Below are positions 1 through 7,943 of a stretch of 63,145 bases of DNA, one piece after another. Made by a program: the position numbers and the translations under genes. The notes beneath the pieces were generated by a model, which worked only from the letters and a program-made list of their open reading frames with translations, had not been told where the DNA came from and ran no database searches. Position 1 is the stretch's first letter; each line of letters starts with the position of its first letter. The stretch is taken from contig CAYNJY010000006.1 of NCBI GenBank assembly GCA_964397755.1, forward strand, positions 1 through 63,145, given 5' to 3'. The stretch is from an uncultured Gammaproteobacteria bacterium (GTDB lineage: Bacteria > Patescibacteriota > Microgenomatia > UBA10105 > UBA927).

Positions 1-2
1 TG

Positions 3-85
3 TGCTCTCGGGGAGACTCGAACTCCCACGCCCTTACGGGCATAGCTCCTCAAGCTATTGCGTATGCCAATTCCGCCACGAGAGC
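3..85 (-). tRNA. tRNA-Leu(GAG), class II
   Basis: Minus-strand cloverleaf read by eye: acceptor GCTCTCG/CGAGAGC, anticodon loop TTGAGGA, 14-nt variable arm GCCCGTAAGGGCGT, T arm GGGAG-TTCGAGT-CTCCC. The 3' end abuts the window edge. Confidence 0.85.
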
Positions 86-138
86 GTGCTTGAACCGTAT
101 TTTTGCGAAGCAATTCTGTTTGGGTTTTTCCTTCGGAA

Positions 139-147
139 ATTGTATCA
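139..147 (-). promoter_or_regulatory. candidate extended -10 promoter (TGATACAAT) upstream of tRNA-Leu
   Basis: Minus strand reads TGATACAAT about 50 nt upstream of the tRNA-Leu 5' end. No convincing -35 element. Confidence 0.3.
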
Positions 148-202
148 CAGGAAAACCTCTGCGGTACATTCTCACTTGCGAAGCCATGCACCGACTGGTG
201 CG

Positions 203-276
203 TGGCTGCCGGGCTAGGATTCGAACCTAGAATAAAGGCTCCAAAGACCTCTGTGATACCGTTTCACCACCCGGCA
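203..276 (-). tRNA. tRNA-Gln(UUG), CCA encoded
   Basis: Acceptor TGCCGGG/CCCGGCA (U1-A72 as in bacterial tRNA-Gln), anticodon loop CTTTGGA, T arm CTAGG-TTCGAAT-CCTAG, 3' end GCCA. Confidence 0.9.
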
Positions 277-330
277 CTTCGCCGGAAAAAATACGGCAGT
301 TGACTTGATTTTACTAAAAAACCCTGAAAA

Positions 331-798
331 TTAAAAGGTCACCTCTCCTGGGGTGTCTGCCTTCTTTGGAGCTTTCGTTTTCGTAGGTTTTGGTTTGGCG
401 GCTTTTGATTCTCCCGCTTTCGGTTGCTCGATTCGTTGAAGCTCAGTGTTTGGGATAAGAGCGCGGATTAGTTTGTCCAATTTGGCATTCATACTATTCA
501 ATTGTTCTACTAGACCACCTTCAGGTCGACGGTCTTCAAATCTAGGCCTATTGTAGTTTTTTCTATCGCTTCCTCGTGAATCACCATCATTTCTTTTAGT
601 TTCAAAGCAGGTACTGCAATAGATTGGCCTATCGCCGCTGGGGCGAAATGGAACTTCACAAGCCTTTCCACACTGCGTACACGTTGCGCTATGCATGGGT
701 CTATTGCCACTATCTCTGCCTCCACCACCACTACCTCGTCCACCAAATCTGCTTCTGCCTCCTGTTCCTCGCCTGCTATATTGATTATAGTCACTCAT
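331..798 (-). CDS. CxxC-x17-CxxC zinc-ribbon domain protein with RGG-rich N-terminus and Lys-rich tail
   Basis: Translation has CTQC followed by exactly 17 residues then CSTC. The N-terminus is RRGTGGRSRFGGRGSGGGGRD. Start placed at the ATG for MSDYNQY (798), directly behind a TTGCTA-17-TACAAT promoter. The ORF-track extension to 855 is rejected. Confidence 0.75.
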   Translation of the reverse strand: MSDYNQYSRRGTGGRSRFGGRGSGGGGRDSGNRPMHSATCTQCGKACEVPFRPSGDRPIYCSTCFETKRNDGDSRGSDRKNYNRPRFEDRRPEGGLVEQLNSMNAKLDKLIRALIPNTELQRIEQPKAGESKAAKPKPTKTKAPKKADTPGEVTF

Positions 799-805
799 AG
801 TATCA

Positions 806-834
806 ATTGTATTCGCTTCAGGGGTTAATAGCAA
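806..834 (-). promoter_or_regulatory. sigma70-like promoter TTGCTA-17 nt-TACAAT, predicted leaderless transcript
   Basis: Minus strand has TTGCTA (834-829), a 17-nt spacer and TACAAT (811-806). Only 7 nt separate the -10 from the ATG at 798, and there is no Shine-Dalgarno sequence. Confidence 0.4.
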
Positions 835-966
835 GAAAACACGACAATCAGACACGCTCTACAACCCGACGGGTTGAGGGCGAGGCTTTGAGCTCCTTTT
901 ATCAAAATGCACGAACTTATTTTATCAAAAATCGCTGACAAATCATAGGGTCGGCGGCTACGGCGA

Positions 967-1004
967 GGAAAAGGCCCCACAAAATTGCTTTGCAATTAGC
1001 GGGG
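967..1004 (-). terminator. candidate intrinsic terminator downstream of tRNA-Gly
   Basis: Minus strand reads CCCCGC-T-AATTGC-AAA-GCAATT-TT-GTGGGG, a composite hairpin, followed by CCTTTTCC. Confidence 0.4.
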
Positions 1005-1125
1005 TAAAGGTTTAAGGGGAAAAGGAATCCTTCGATTTAACTCAGGACAGGTCGCCTCAGCCGCCCCCGGCTGGAGTTTACCCTGAGCGAAGTCGAGGGG
1101 CTCGCCCCGTCAACTCGGACATGGG

Positions 1126-1197
1126 AGCGGCGGACGGGAATTGAACCCGCTACCTTCTCCTTGGCAAGGAGACATTCTACCGGTGAACTACCGCCGC
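1126..1197 (-). tRNA. tRNA-Gly(GCC)
   Basis: Acceptor GCGGCGG/CCGCCGC, anticodon loop TTGCCAA, T arm GCGGG-TTCAATT-CCCGT, discriminator T followed by CCCA (CCA not cleanly encoded). Confidence 0.9.
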
Positions 1198-1311
1198 TTC
1201 TCGCTTACGCTCGAAGTAAAGTTGCTAATCAATCCCTGTTTCCTTTTTTGATTCATGTCTTTATGACCACCTCACGCTTTCTTGCCATACCCCAACTTTG
1301 AAGAGTTTCAT

Positions 1312-1320
1312 AGTATACCA
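1312..1320 (-). promoter_or_regulatory. candidate extended -10 promoter (TGGTATACT) upstream of tRNA-Gly
   Basis: Minus strand reads TGGTATACT about 115 nt upstream of tRNA-Gly, inside a 311-nt ORF-free AT-rich spacer. Confidence 0.25.
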
Positions 1321-1508
1321 AATTAACCGGCAACCTTCCTTTTGTAAATGTTGATAATCCATTCTTGTGTTCCCCTATTCTTCTTGTAAGATTATTTGTT
1401 ATACCAGTTTAAAATGTTCCGTCCGCGCAAGCCAAAATATAAACATATACAGCCATAAACAATATCCACTCGTTGTAAAAGTGGCTTGCTTCGAACGTAC
1501 GTGAGAAG

Positions 1509-1581
1509 TGCCGAGACTAGGAGTTGCACCCAGATAACGTGTTTTTCAGACACGCGCCTTGACTACCTCGGCCATCTCGGC
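1509..1581 (-). tRNA. atypical tRNA-like gene, anticodon GAA (Phe)
   Basis: Acceptor GCCGAGA/TCTCGGC, D arm TGGCCGAGGTAGTCAAGGC (Ser/Leu-like), anticodon stem CGTGT/ACACG with loop CTGAAAA, 4-nt variable region. The T arm is CTGGG-TGCAACT-CCTAG, and its loop lacks the conserved TTC. Confidence 0.5.
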
Positions 1582-1621
1582 AGATTCGACGCTAGAACGG
1601 ATCTCAAGGTAAAGGAATGAA

Positions 1622-1698
1622 TGGTGGCCGCTGAGGGCCTCGAACCCCCGACCTTTGCGATGTAAACGCAACGCTCTAGCCAGCTGAGCTAAGCGGCC
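1622..1698 (-). tRNA. tRNA-Val(UAC), CCA encoded
   Basis: Acceptor GGCCGCT/AGCGGCC, D arm GCTCAGCTGGCTAGAGC, anticodon loop TTTACAT, T arm GGGGG-TTCGAGG-CCCTC, 3' end ACCA. Confidence 0.9.
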
Positions 1699-1706
1699 GT
1701 TCTTGT

Positions 1707-1736
1707 ATTGTACTAAACATGGGCTTCCGGAGACAA
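1707..1736 (-). promoter_or_regulatory. candidate promoter TTGTCT-18 nt-TACAAT for tRNA-Val and the tRNA-like gene
   Basis: Minus strand has TTGTCT (1736-1731), an 18-nt spacer and TACAAT (1712-1707). The -10 lies 9 nt upstream of the tRNA-Val 5' end. Confidence 0.35.
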
Positions 1737-1784
1737 TACCTCTGGAGAGGTCAGCGTGGTCAAGGTCTGATCCTGATTTGGGAG

Positions 1785-3119
1785 CTACTTTCGTTTGACC
1801 GTAAAGGATTTCGGGTAGTAGAGGAACACCGCCGGCGCGTCGTCAACGAGGCGGCGCTGAAATTCCGCGTAAATAGCCTTCCGCTTCTCACTGTCAAGCT
1901 CTCGGCGGCCATCCTCAAGGAGCTTATCAACGCGCGTGTTCACGTAGCCGGTGATGTTGGTTTGTTTCTGTGTGGAATGCCAAAACGGGTACTGGTCAGG
2001 ATCGGGTGGTAGATCCAGCGCGGCAAGAAGTACCTGGTACTCAGACGGAATAGTATTTTCAACTTTCACTTCTGTGTTGATTCCGAGACCTTTCCAGCTC
2101 GCTGCAATGAGTTGTGCAACATCAAGATAGCGAGCAAACGTGGTAATGGTGAGTGTCGTTGAGGGGAGATCGACTTTTACTTGCGACAGCAGTTTTTTTG
2201 ACTGACTTTGGTTATAGTCATAACGCTTCAGTCGATCGCTATACGCCCAGGACTTTTTGCTTATCGGTGATGTGGCGCGTTCGTACGGAAGTTCTGGAAC
2301 GGCATACGCGAGTGCCTGCCGCACGGATTTTTCTTTGAAGAGTGGCAGCATCTGGTTAAAAAAGAGGCTTACCACTCTCTGGTACATTACTTCCTCGGTG
2401 ACACGCTCCATAGGCAAGTGTGTAAGCAAGCTCTGTTTGCTGTCGGTCTCCAAGATGTTAATTTCTCCCAGTCGAAAGCCATCCGCGGCCAAGGCCTCGG
2501 TACGGTAGAAACGGAACTCTTTTTGATGGAGTGATGATTGAACAACTGGAACGAGTTTGAGATACGAAACACGGTCTCCTTTCAGCGTGATTTTTTGTAC
2601 ACTATACGGTCCGATGCCCCGGAGCCCAGAGAGAAAAATAGGTTTGCTCAGCAGTACCGGGAGTGGAGCGTATGGAGCTTCAAGCTCAAAGCGGAGTGTG
2701 CGCGCATCGAGTACGGTAGTCCTGACGTTTTGAATACGGTAGTTGATGTCGTTGGCCTCAACCCGATTGCCCTTATGCCACACGTATGAGCTGCCAATGT
2801 GGAACGTGAACACGCGTCCACTCTCCGTTGCCTCCCACGATGTAGCAAGATGAGGCCGTGGCACACCGCTTTCGTCCAGCATGGTGAGACCAGCACTCAG
2901 GAGCGTTTGGATTTGAGCAGGAAGGCTTGACGGGGTAAATTCTCCAACTATTCCTATTCGGTCAACGGGTGCAAAAAAACTCTCTATGACTGGGAACAGA
3001 CGCCAGAAAACGAAAGAGATGAGTACGCCAGTCGTAAATCCGGCCAGAAAAAGCTTTGTGTATTTCTGTGACAACTCTTTGAAGATAAGAAGTACAAGAC
3101 GGGCACGGCGATTGAACAT
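1785..3119 (-). CDS. ABC-transporter substrate-binding protein, family 5 (peptide/nickel type), N-terminal membrane anchor
   Basis: 444-aa ORF. It has an N-terminal hydrophobic helix and SBP_bac_5-like segments (LATSWE, GIGPY, DKLLEDGRRELDSEKRKAIYAEFQRRLVDDAPAVFLYYP). No permease or ATPase genes are adjacent. Confidence 0.7.
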   Translation of the reverse strand: MFNRRARLVLLIFKELSQKYTKLFLAGFTTGVLISFVFWRLFPVIESFFAPVDRIGIVGEFTPSSLPAQIQTLLSAGLTMLDESGVPRPHLATSWEATESGRVFTFHIGSSYVWHKGNRVEANDINYRIQNVRTTVLDARTLRFELEAPYAPLPVLLSKPIFLSGLRGIGPYSVQKITLKGDRVSYLKLVPVVQSSLHQKEFRFYRTEALAADGFRLGEINILETDSKQSLLTHLPMERVTEEVMYQRVVSLFFNQMLPLFKEKSVRQALAYAVPELPYERATSPISKKSWAYSDRLKRYDYNQSQSKKLLSQVKVDLPSTTLTITTFARYLDVAQLIAASWKGLGINTEVKVENTIPSEYQVLLAALDLPPDPDQYPFWHSTQKQTNITGYVNTRVDKLLEDGRRELDSEKRKAIYAEFQRRLVDDAPAVFLYYPKSFTVKRK

Positions 3120-3129
3120 ACGCGTGAAA

Positions 3130-3345
3130 CTACGGTATCAACACGTTGGCTATAGACGTTGCGAGAAAGAGGATTGCAAGCACGATCGTTGCGCCAAATA
3201 CCGCGCGCTCCGCTCCTCTCTTTGTCCGATAGTGTGTGAAGTCTCCGAACCCACTCCCCAACCCACCTTTGCTTCTCTGAAGGAGGATGAGCAAGGAGAG
3301 AAGAAGAGCTATGGCGATATGGAGAATGAGAATTATTCCCTTCAT
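3130..3345 (-). CDS. secG: preprotein translocase subunit SecG
   Basis: 71 aa with two hydrophobic helices flanking LLQRSKGGLGSGFG, which is the SecG signature region. ATGA overlap with the upstream gene. Confidence 0.8.
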   Translation of the reverse strand: MKGIILILHIAIALLLSLLILLQRSKGGLGSGFGDFTHYRTKRGAERAVFGATIVLAILFLATSIANVLIP

Positions 3346-4364
3346 GGTTGGCCTCTTTTTGTCAGAATCCGTACGAGCGCTGACGCGAGTGTACTACTCT
3401 CGTGGCGAATAAGACTGCGGACCAGACGGTCACTTTGAGCTTTTTGATAGATCGAGCGGGATGCGAGATCTGATCGAACGACATGGTAGTAGGCTACTTT
3501 TGGAAGATCGTCAAGCACCGGATGCTCCTGATGCTTCTCGTAATGGGCAAGTGCTTTTGGCGGCAGCTTGGAATTATTCACAAGAACAACGTCAATAGAT
3601 TTTCCGAGGTAACGCTCAAGGACAGCGACATGAGCACGTGCGCTGAATCCGAGCGTCTGACCGTACTTCGTCATGAGATTCATGACATACACAACAGTTG
3701 CCCTCGTTTGCTTAAGTGACTCCGGTATTCCGTGGACGAGAAGATTTGGTATGACGCTCGTGTATAAGTCTCCTGGACCCAAAACGACCATATGGGCGTT
3801 CTTAATCGCCCGTAGTGCGTAGGGGTTAGGCTGAGCTTCGGGACGGAGATAGACTCGCTTTATGCGCAGCGTCCCCTCGTGCGATGGTTCATCGATTAGG
3901 TGCTCCTCTCTTAACACACGACCGTCCTCATACTCGGCAAACAGATTAGTACCAGTGAAAGAGACCGGTATGACAGCCCCCTTGATTCGAAGCACTTTGC
4001 CAGTTTGGGAAATAGCTTCTTTTTGTGACCCTAGGATGTCTGCAAGGGCCGCCATGAATAAGTTGCCGAAAGTCATCCCAGAGATACCTTTTCCCTTTTC
4101 GAACCGGTACATAAAGAGCCGCCTCAGAAGCCCCACATCGCCATTTTCATCGGCGAGCGCAACGAAGCACTGACGGATATCAGACGTTGGAAGTAGGCCG
4201 AATTCGTCTCTGATCCTTTTATTACTTCCCCCAGAATCAGCCATGGTCACGATAGAAGACAGGCGGTATGGGTAGTGCTTTAACCCCCGGAGCACAACAA
4301 ATGTCCCTGTCCCGCCACCAATGCAGACGATCGAAGGCCTCATTGTATCGTTTTGTTGATTCAT
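3342..4364 (-). CDS. YvcK/CofD-family gluconeogenesis factor-like protein (UPF0052)
   Basis: IVCIGGGTGTFVVLRGLK, TMADSGGS, LLPTSDIRQC and GNLFMAAL motifs. An alternative ATG lies at 4343. Confidence 0.85.
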   Translation of the reverse strand: MNQQNDTMRPSIVCIGGGTGTFVVLRGLKHYPYRLSSIVTMADSGGSNKRIRDEFGLLPTSDIRQCFVALADENGDVGLLRRLFMYRFEKGKGISGMTFGNLFMAALADILGSQKEAISQTGKVLRIKGAVIPVSFTGTNLFAEYEDGRVLREEHLIDEPSHEGTLRIKRVYLRPEAQPNPYALRAIKNAHMVVLGPGDLYTSVIPNLLVHGIPESLKQTRATVVYVMNLMTKYGQTLGFSARAHVAVLERYLGKSIDVVLVNNSKLPPKALAHYEKHQEHPVLDDLPKVAYYHVVRSDLASRSIYQKAQSDRLVRSLIRHESSTLASALVRILTKRGQP

Positions 4365-4373
4365 GTAGGGTAG

Positions 4374-4808
4374 TTAACTATCAGTCAACGAGCGGAGTGC
4401 ATCGAGCATAAACGTCATGGTAAGGGACGTCGCGATAAGTGAGAGCATGTAGGAAAAGTGTATCGGAGGAAGAACAAACCCTGCCCAACGTGTTTCGGGG
4501 AATAACCATGGGCGTATCTGGACGGATGGTACTAACATTGTCAGCATGTAGATGACAATAACGTTTACAATCCAGGAGCCGAGACCAAAGGTGAGAAGAT
4601 TGATTGGTATAAAGAGGATTTTTAAAATCGGCTTGGCTATAAGCGACAACATACTGAGTGTGAATCCCGCCCAGAGAACTGTTTGCCACGATCCCTGTAT
4701 AACGAACGGCGGAAAAACTTGGCTGAGAAACCATACGCTGACGACATGAAACATGAATACGCGAAGGATGTATCTCACCTCGACGATGGTAACAGAAGGA
4801 ATAGGCAT
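4374..4808 (-). CDS. phage holin family IV / DUF360-type 4-TM membrane protein
   Basis: Four predicted hydrophobic helices with the family-like core IAKPILKILFIPINLLTFGLGSWIVNVIVIYML. The ORF-track start is TTG; the ATG at 4808 lies 2 nt after the uvrC stop. Confidence 0.6.
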   Translation of the reverse strand: MPIPSVTIVEVRYILRVFMFHVVSVWFLSQVFPPFVIQGSWQTVLWAGFTLSMLSLIAKPILKILFIPINLLTFGLGSWIVNVIVIYMLTMLVPSVQIRPWLFPETRWAGFVLPPIHFSYMLSLIATSLTMTFMLDALRSLTDS

Positions 4809-4810
4809 GG

Positions 4811-6157
4811 TCAAACGACGCGGAGAAGCTCACCCACCTCATTGTTTCGGAGGTGTCGGTGATAACGGATGGCGAAGCGGTGCGCCTCGTCGCGGATCCG
4901 CCGTAGAAGTGAAAGAGCCGGGCGATCGAGGTCAAGCCGAATTGTTTTCGTCCCTCCCTCCTCTGAGAAAACGACAATCTCTTCCAGGCGTTTCGCAAGG
5001 CCGATGATGGGAAGAGATAGAGAAGCCTGATCAAGTGTCCTTCTGGCGCCAGACAATTGCGGCTTCCCGCCATCAACCAGGATTAGATCAGGCATCGGCC
5101 ACTCGTGATGTGAGAGTCGCCTCTCAAGAACTTGCTGAAGCATGGCGACATCGTTTGAACGCGAATCACCGCGAATTCTGAAACGTCGGTACTGCGACGT
5201 ATCAATTACTCCATCGACAAGCACGCTCATCGAACCGGTGGCGTAGTGTCCGAGGATAGTGGAGACATCAAAACACTCAATGCGCCGAAGGTGAACAGGA
5301 GCCTTTATATATGGTTTGAGGACCATAGAGAGATCGTCCCGTTCTGTTTCTGAGGCATCGTAGAGCGTGGTGTCCCGTGATAGGTAGACCATAGGGTCAT
5401 AATGTTTTGAAAGAAGCGAGTCGAGTGCACGAATACGGTTTCGGACTTCAAGGGCGGCTTCATATTCCTGCTTTCGGGCATGAGCGTTCATTTCACGCTC
5501 AAGGAGCCTACGCACGGAAGCTAGCTTTCCACCCAGAATGTCTCTGACGCGATAGATGTTGTGACGGTACGTGCGAACGAGGCCCTGTCGGGCGCTATTA
5601 TGCGGAAGTTTTGCGATATAGGAGGGACACGGCGAGCACAGACCAACGTGCGTGTAGAAACATGGGAGCCCACTAATCCGTTTCTGCGTGCAAAATGGGA
5701 TGATTCGGCGGATAGACCGAAGGAGCATGCGAAGCATTCTTCCTGACTGGAATGGTCCGAAGACTGCATCGTGTTTTTTACCATCGTTTTTTGCAAGGTC
5801 TGTTTTTCTCATCGTGAGAATACGCGGCAGTTCTTCAGAAATCGTGAGGAGCGCGTAGAGCGGACTCTTATCATCTTTCGCAACCGTATTATATTTCGGT
5901 TGGTACCTATGTATGAGTGCTGTTTCTAACAAAATAGCGTCAACCTCGCTTGTCGTTTGTATCGTTTCCGTAGATACTATGTGTGAAATCATGATGCGAA
6001 TTTTTGAAGTGAGATCGTCCCGTTTATACGCGTACGTTCGAATGCGATGACGTAAGTTTCGCGCTTTGCCGATGTATAATATCGTCTTATCGCGAGCGCG
6101 AAATACGTAAACCCCGGGGTTTTGAGGAATTCTTGAAATATCAACTCCTAGAGTCAT
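4811..6157 (-). CDS. uvrC: excinuclease ABC subunit C (GIY-YIG), short form
   Basis: GVYVFRARDKTILYIGKARNLRHRIRTY GIY-YIG motif plus a C-terminal endonuclease and HhH region. Start at the ATG for MTLGVD (6157), overlapping the upstream stop as ATGA. Confidence 0.85.
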   Translation of the reverse strand: MTLGVDISRIPQNPGVYVFRARDKTILYIGKARNLRHRIRTYAYKRDDLTSKIRIMISHIVSTETIQTTSEVDAILLETALIHRYQPKYNTVAKDDKSPLYALLTISEELPRILTMRKTDLAKNDGKKHDAVFGPFQSGRMLRMLLRSIRRIIPFCTQKRISGLPCFYTHVGLCSPCPSYIAKLPHNSARQGLVRTYRHNIYRVRDILGGKLASVRRLLEREMNAHARKQEYEAALEVRNRIRALDSLLSKHYDPMVYLSRDTTLYDASETERDDLSMVLKPYIKAPVHLRRIECFDVSTILGHYATGSMSVLVDGVIDTSQYRRFRIRGDSRSNDVAMLQQVLERRLSHHEWPMPDLILVDGGKPQLSGARRTLDQASLSLPIIGLAKRLEEIVVFSEEGGTKTIRLDLDRPALSLLRRIRDEAHRFAIRYHRHLRNNEVGELLRVV

Positions 6158-7935
6158 ATGCGACGAATGCGAATCACAAGAAGCAATCCAGTCCAAACAA
6201 TCAACGCAAGTAGCACTGGCAAGATGTAAAAGAGGAGAGTCGGCCGAAGCACAATGGTATGTTGGTATGTCTTTCCGTTCACGTTTACGCGGACTTCGCC
6301 ATTTCCTTTTTTCAGCGAGGGAAACGTCGACGTTTGAATTGCTACGTCAATTGCTCCGTATGGGGGCAGAACGTCTACCGTTGCATTTTTTAGGATTGAA
6401 AACGGAGAGCCTTCGACGCGTACGGTAACCGGTGCTATGCTTACAGAACCAGTATTCTCAATTCTCACAATTCCTTTAAGTACGCCTCCGGCATCTACGG
6501 CGTCGGGGAGCCTAAATGTTGCAACCAAAGCTTCCTCTCTCTGCTTTGGAACGGCGGAGAGAAACGAAACCTCTATATCTTTTGTCTGTTTTTCGCCCCT
6601 GTTGTAAAACCCCGCGGGATACGGTGTCTGGCTATCTATCCCGTGAATCGCAAACACTATGTGATTAAAATCTAGCTTATCAAAATAGTTTACTCCGCCG
6701 GTTGTGTTTCCCCACGTCGGATCAACAGGAATCCATCTCTTTGATTCACGATCAAAGTATTCTGGCCATGCGTGCAGAACATCAGTAACGAGCGAGAGGG
6801 GACGAAGCTTTGTGTTCGTGGTATGGGCATAACCGACAAGCTCCCGCGCTGGAATTCCCGCGGCGCGCGCGATTGCGATGAAAAGATCGGTAAACTCCAT
6901 ACATACCGCCGCCTTTGGTTGTTTGAGTGCCTCCGATGCTCCCTTACGAGTAGGATTTTCATTAATGCGCGAGTAGTCGTAAGAAAGCGTGTTGACAACA
7001 TACGCGTAAATCTCCCGTGGCGTTTTGAATTGTTTTGCAATTTCAACGATTGCTGGATCGTTTGTATTCCAAAACGCTGTCGGCGCAAGGTACGGGGAAA
7101 AATCGCTTGGGAGCTTTGGAGAATCGAGTCGAGGCTCAAGATACGTTTCCACGAAGATGTCTGCAACGACGTCTATCGTTTGTGTCGGCTGAAGCAGATA
7201 TCGTGCGATCCAATTCCCATCGGTGTCGACGTACACGGTCTGCGGCTTGGGGGACAAGTTCTCAATCGTAACCTTCTGGTATGTCGTATCCGGAGGCAGA
7301 GCGATTTCCGCTGTACGTGCAGAAAACGATGGGTTTACCAAAAAATAGGAGAGAGCAAGATCAAACACCTGCCTGCTCCCATAGGCCGCAGAGATTCCTC
7401 CTTTAGTCATTTGCTCCCTGGTCCACGTTCGCCCGAGCGCTGGTGGCGGCGTCAGATACGCGTTCGGACCAAAAGAGGGAGGCACTTGGAGCGTTGCGTT
7501 ATAATCGCCAATGTCGGTATCCTCGCGAACTCCGGGGATAGTGATCTCCCAGATTGCACCATTTCGGATCGCAATTTCGCTATTTTCAAACCGGAGGGTA
7601 AAGCGAAGCTTTTTTCCTATACCGACAACGTGCTCGTTGAATGTAAGGAGTATTTCTGTTCGACCATCTTTTACCGTTACCGTAGGTGTCAGAACCCCAG
7701 CTCCGTCTGAAGCAATAACATTTTTGATTTTGTCGCTGTCGAGGATAACAGAATACTTCTGTGGATAGATATTCGTCAGTTTGTTCGTCAGGATTACTTC
7801 TTGGGTAACAATGGTTGTTCCCGTTGGCGAAACCGCGTACGCGACATCGTAATCCGCCTGAAACTCGCCGGAAGCTTCCAGATGGGAAAGAGGAAGAAGG
7901 AGGTAGAGAAGGATACAAAGAAGCGCGCGGCGCAT
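6154..7935 (-). CDS. transglutaminase-like cysteine-protease-fold protein with signal peptide and C-terminal TM anchor
   Basis: Signal-like N-terminus MRRALLCILLYLLLPLSHLEA. Core Cys (AAVCMEFTDLF), His (LHAWPEYF) and Asp (WIPVDPTW) are present. C-terminal helix is LLFYILPVLLALIVWTGLLLVI. Confidence 0.75.
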   Translation of the reverse strand: MRRALLCILLYLLLPLSHLEASGEFQADYDVAYAVSPTGTTIVTQEVILTNKLTNIYPQKYSVILDSDKIKNVIASDGAGVLTPTVTVKDGRTEILLTFNEHVVGIGKKLRFTLRFENSEIAIRNGAIWEITIPGVREDTDIGDYNATLQVPPSFGPNAYLTPPPALGRTWTREQMTKGGISAAYGSRQVFDLALSYFLVNPSFSARTAEIALPPDTTYQKVTIENLSPKPQTVYVDTDGNWIARYLLQPTQTIDVVADIFVETYLEPRLDSPKLPSDFSPYLAPTAFWNTNDPAIVEIAKQFKTPREIYAYVVNTLSYDYSRINENPTRKGASEALKQPKAAVCMEFTDLFIAIARAAGIPARELVGYAHTTNTKLRPLSLVTDVLHAWPEYFDRESKRWIPVDPTWGNTTGGVNYFDKLDFNHIVFAIHGIDSQTPYPAGFYNRGEKQTKDIEVSFLSAVPKQREEALVATFRLPDAVDAGGVLKGIVRIENTGSVSIAPVTVRVEGSPFSILKNATVDVLPPYGAIDVAIQTSTFPSLKKGNGEVRVNVNGKTYQHTIVLRPTLLFYILPVLLALIVWTGLLLVIRIRRI

Positions 7936-7943
7936 GATAAGGT

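Noticed and set aside
856-1121. SRP (4.5S) RNA, 6S RNA, tmRNA or RNase P RNA in the 266-nt and 311-nt ORF-free regions near the tRNA cluster.
   Set aside because: I could not find the SRP domain IV signature (GGAA-type tetraloop with flanking AGCA/GGA symmetric loop), a tmRNA tRNA-like end or RNase P conserved regions. These regions are left as unassigned structured sequence pending an Rfam scan.
1338-1440. Small 33-aa ORF (MDYQHLQKEGCRLIWYTMKLFKVGVWQESVRWS) on the minus strand in the AT-rich spacer upstream of tRNA-Gly.
   Set aside because: It has no convincing RBS, overlaps the candidate promoter and shows no recognisable motif. It is too short to support from sequence alone.
4381-5076. 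231-aa minus-strand ORF overlapping the uvrC 3' end and the holin-family gene in another frame.
   Set aside because: It overlaps two better-supported ORFs, and its translation is compositionally odd with no recognisable domain.
6772-7710. Long plus-strand ORFs antisense to well-supported genes: 6772-7710 and 7801-8145 (opposite the transglutaminase-like gene and uvrA), 29597-30220 (metK), 36511-37305 (pyrG), 40747-41454 (atpD), 42308-42922 (atpA/atpG) and 47563-48318 (dnaE).
   Set aside because: Each lies opposite a gene with unmistakable conserved motifs. Their translations are Arg/Ser/Cys-rich and low-complexity, with no recognisable motifs. Long antisense frames are a common by-product of codon bias.
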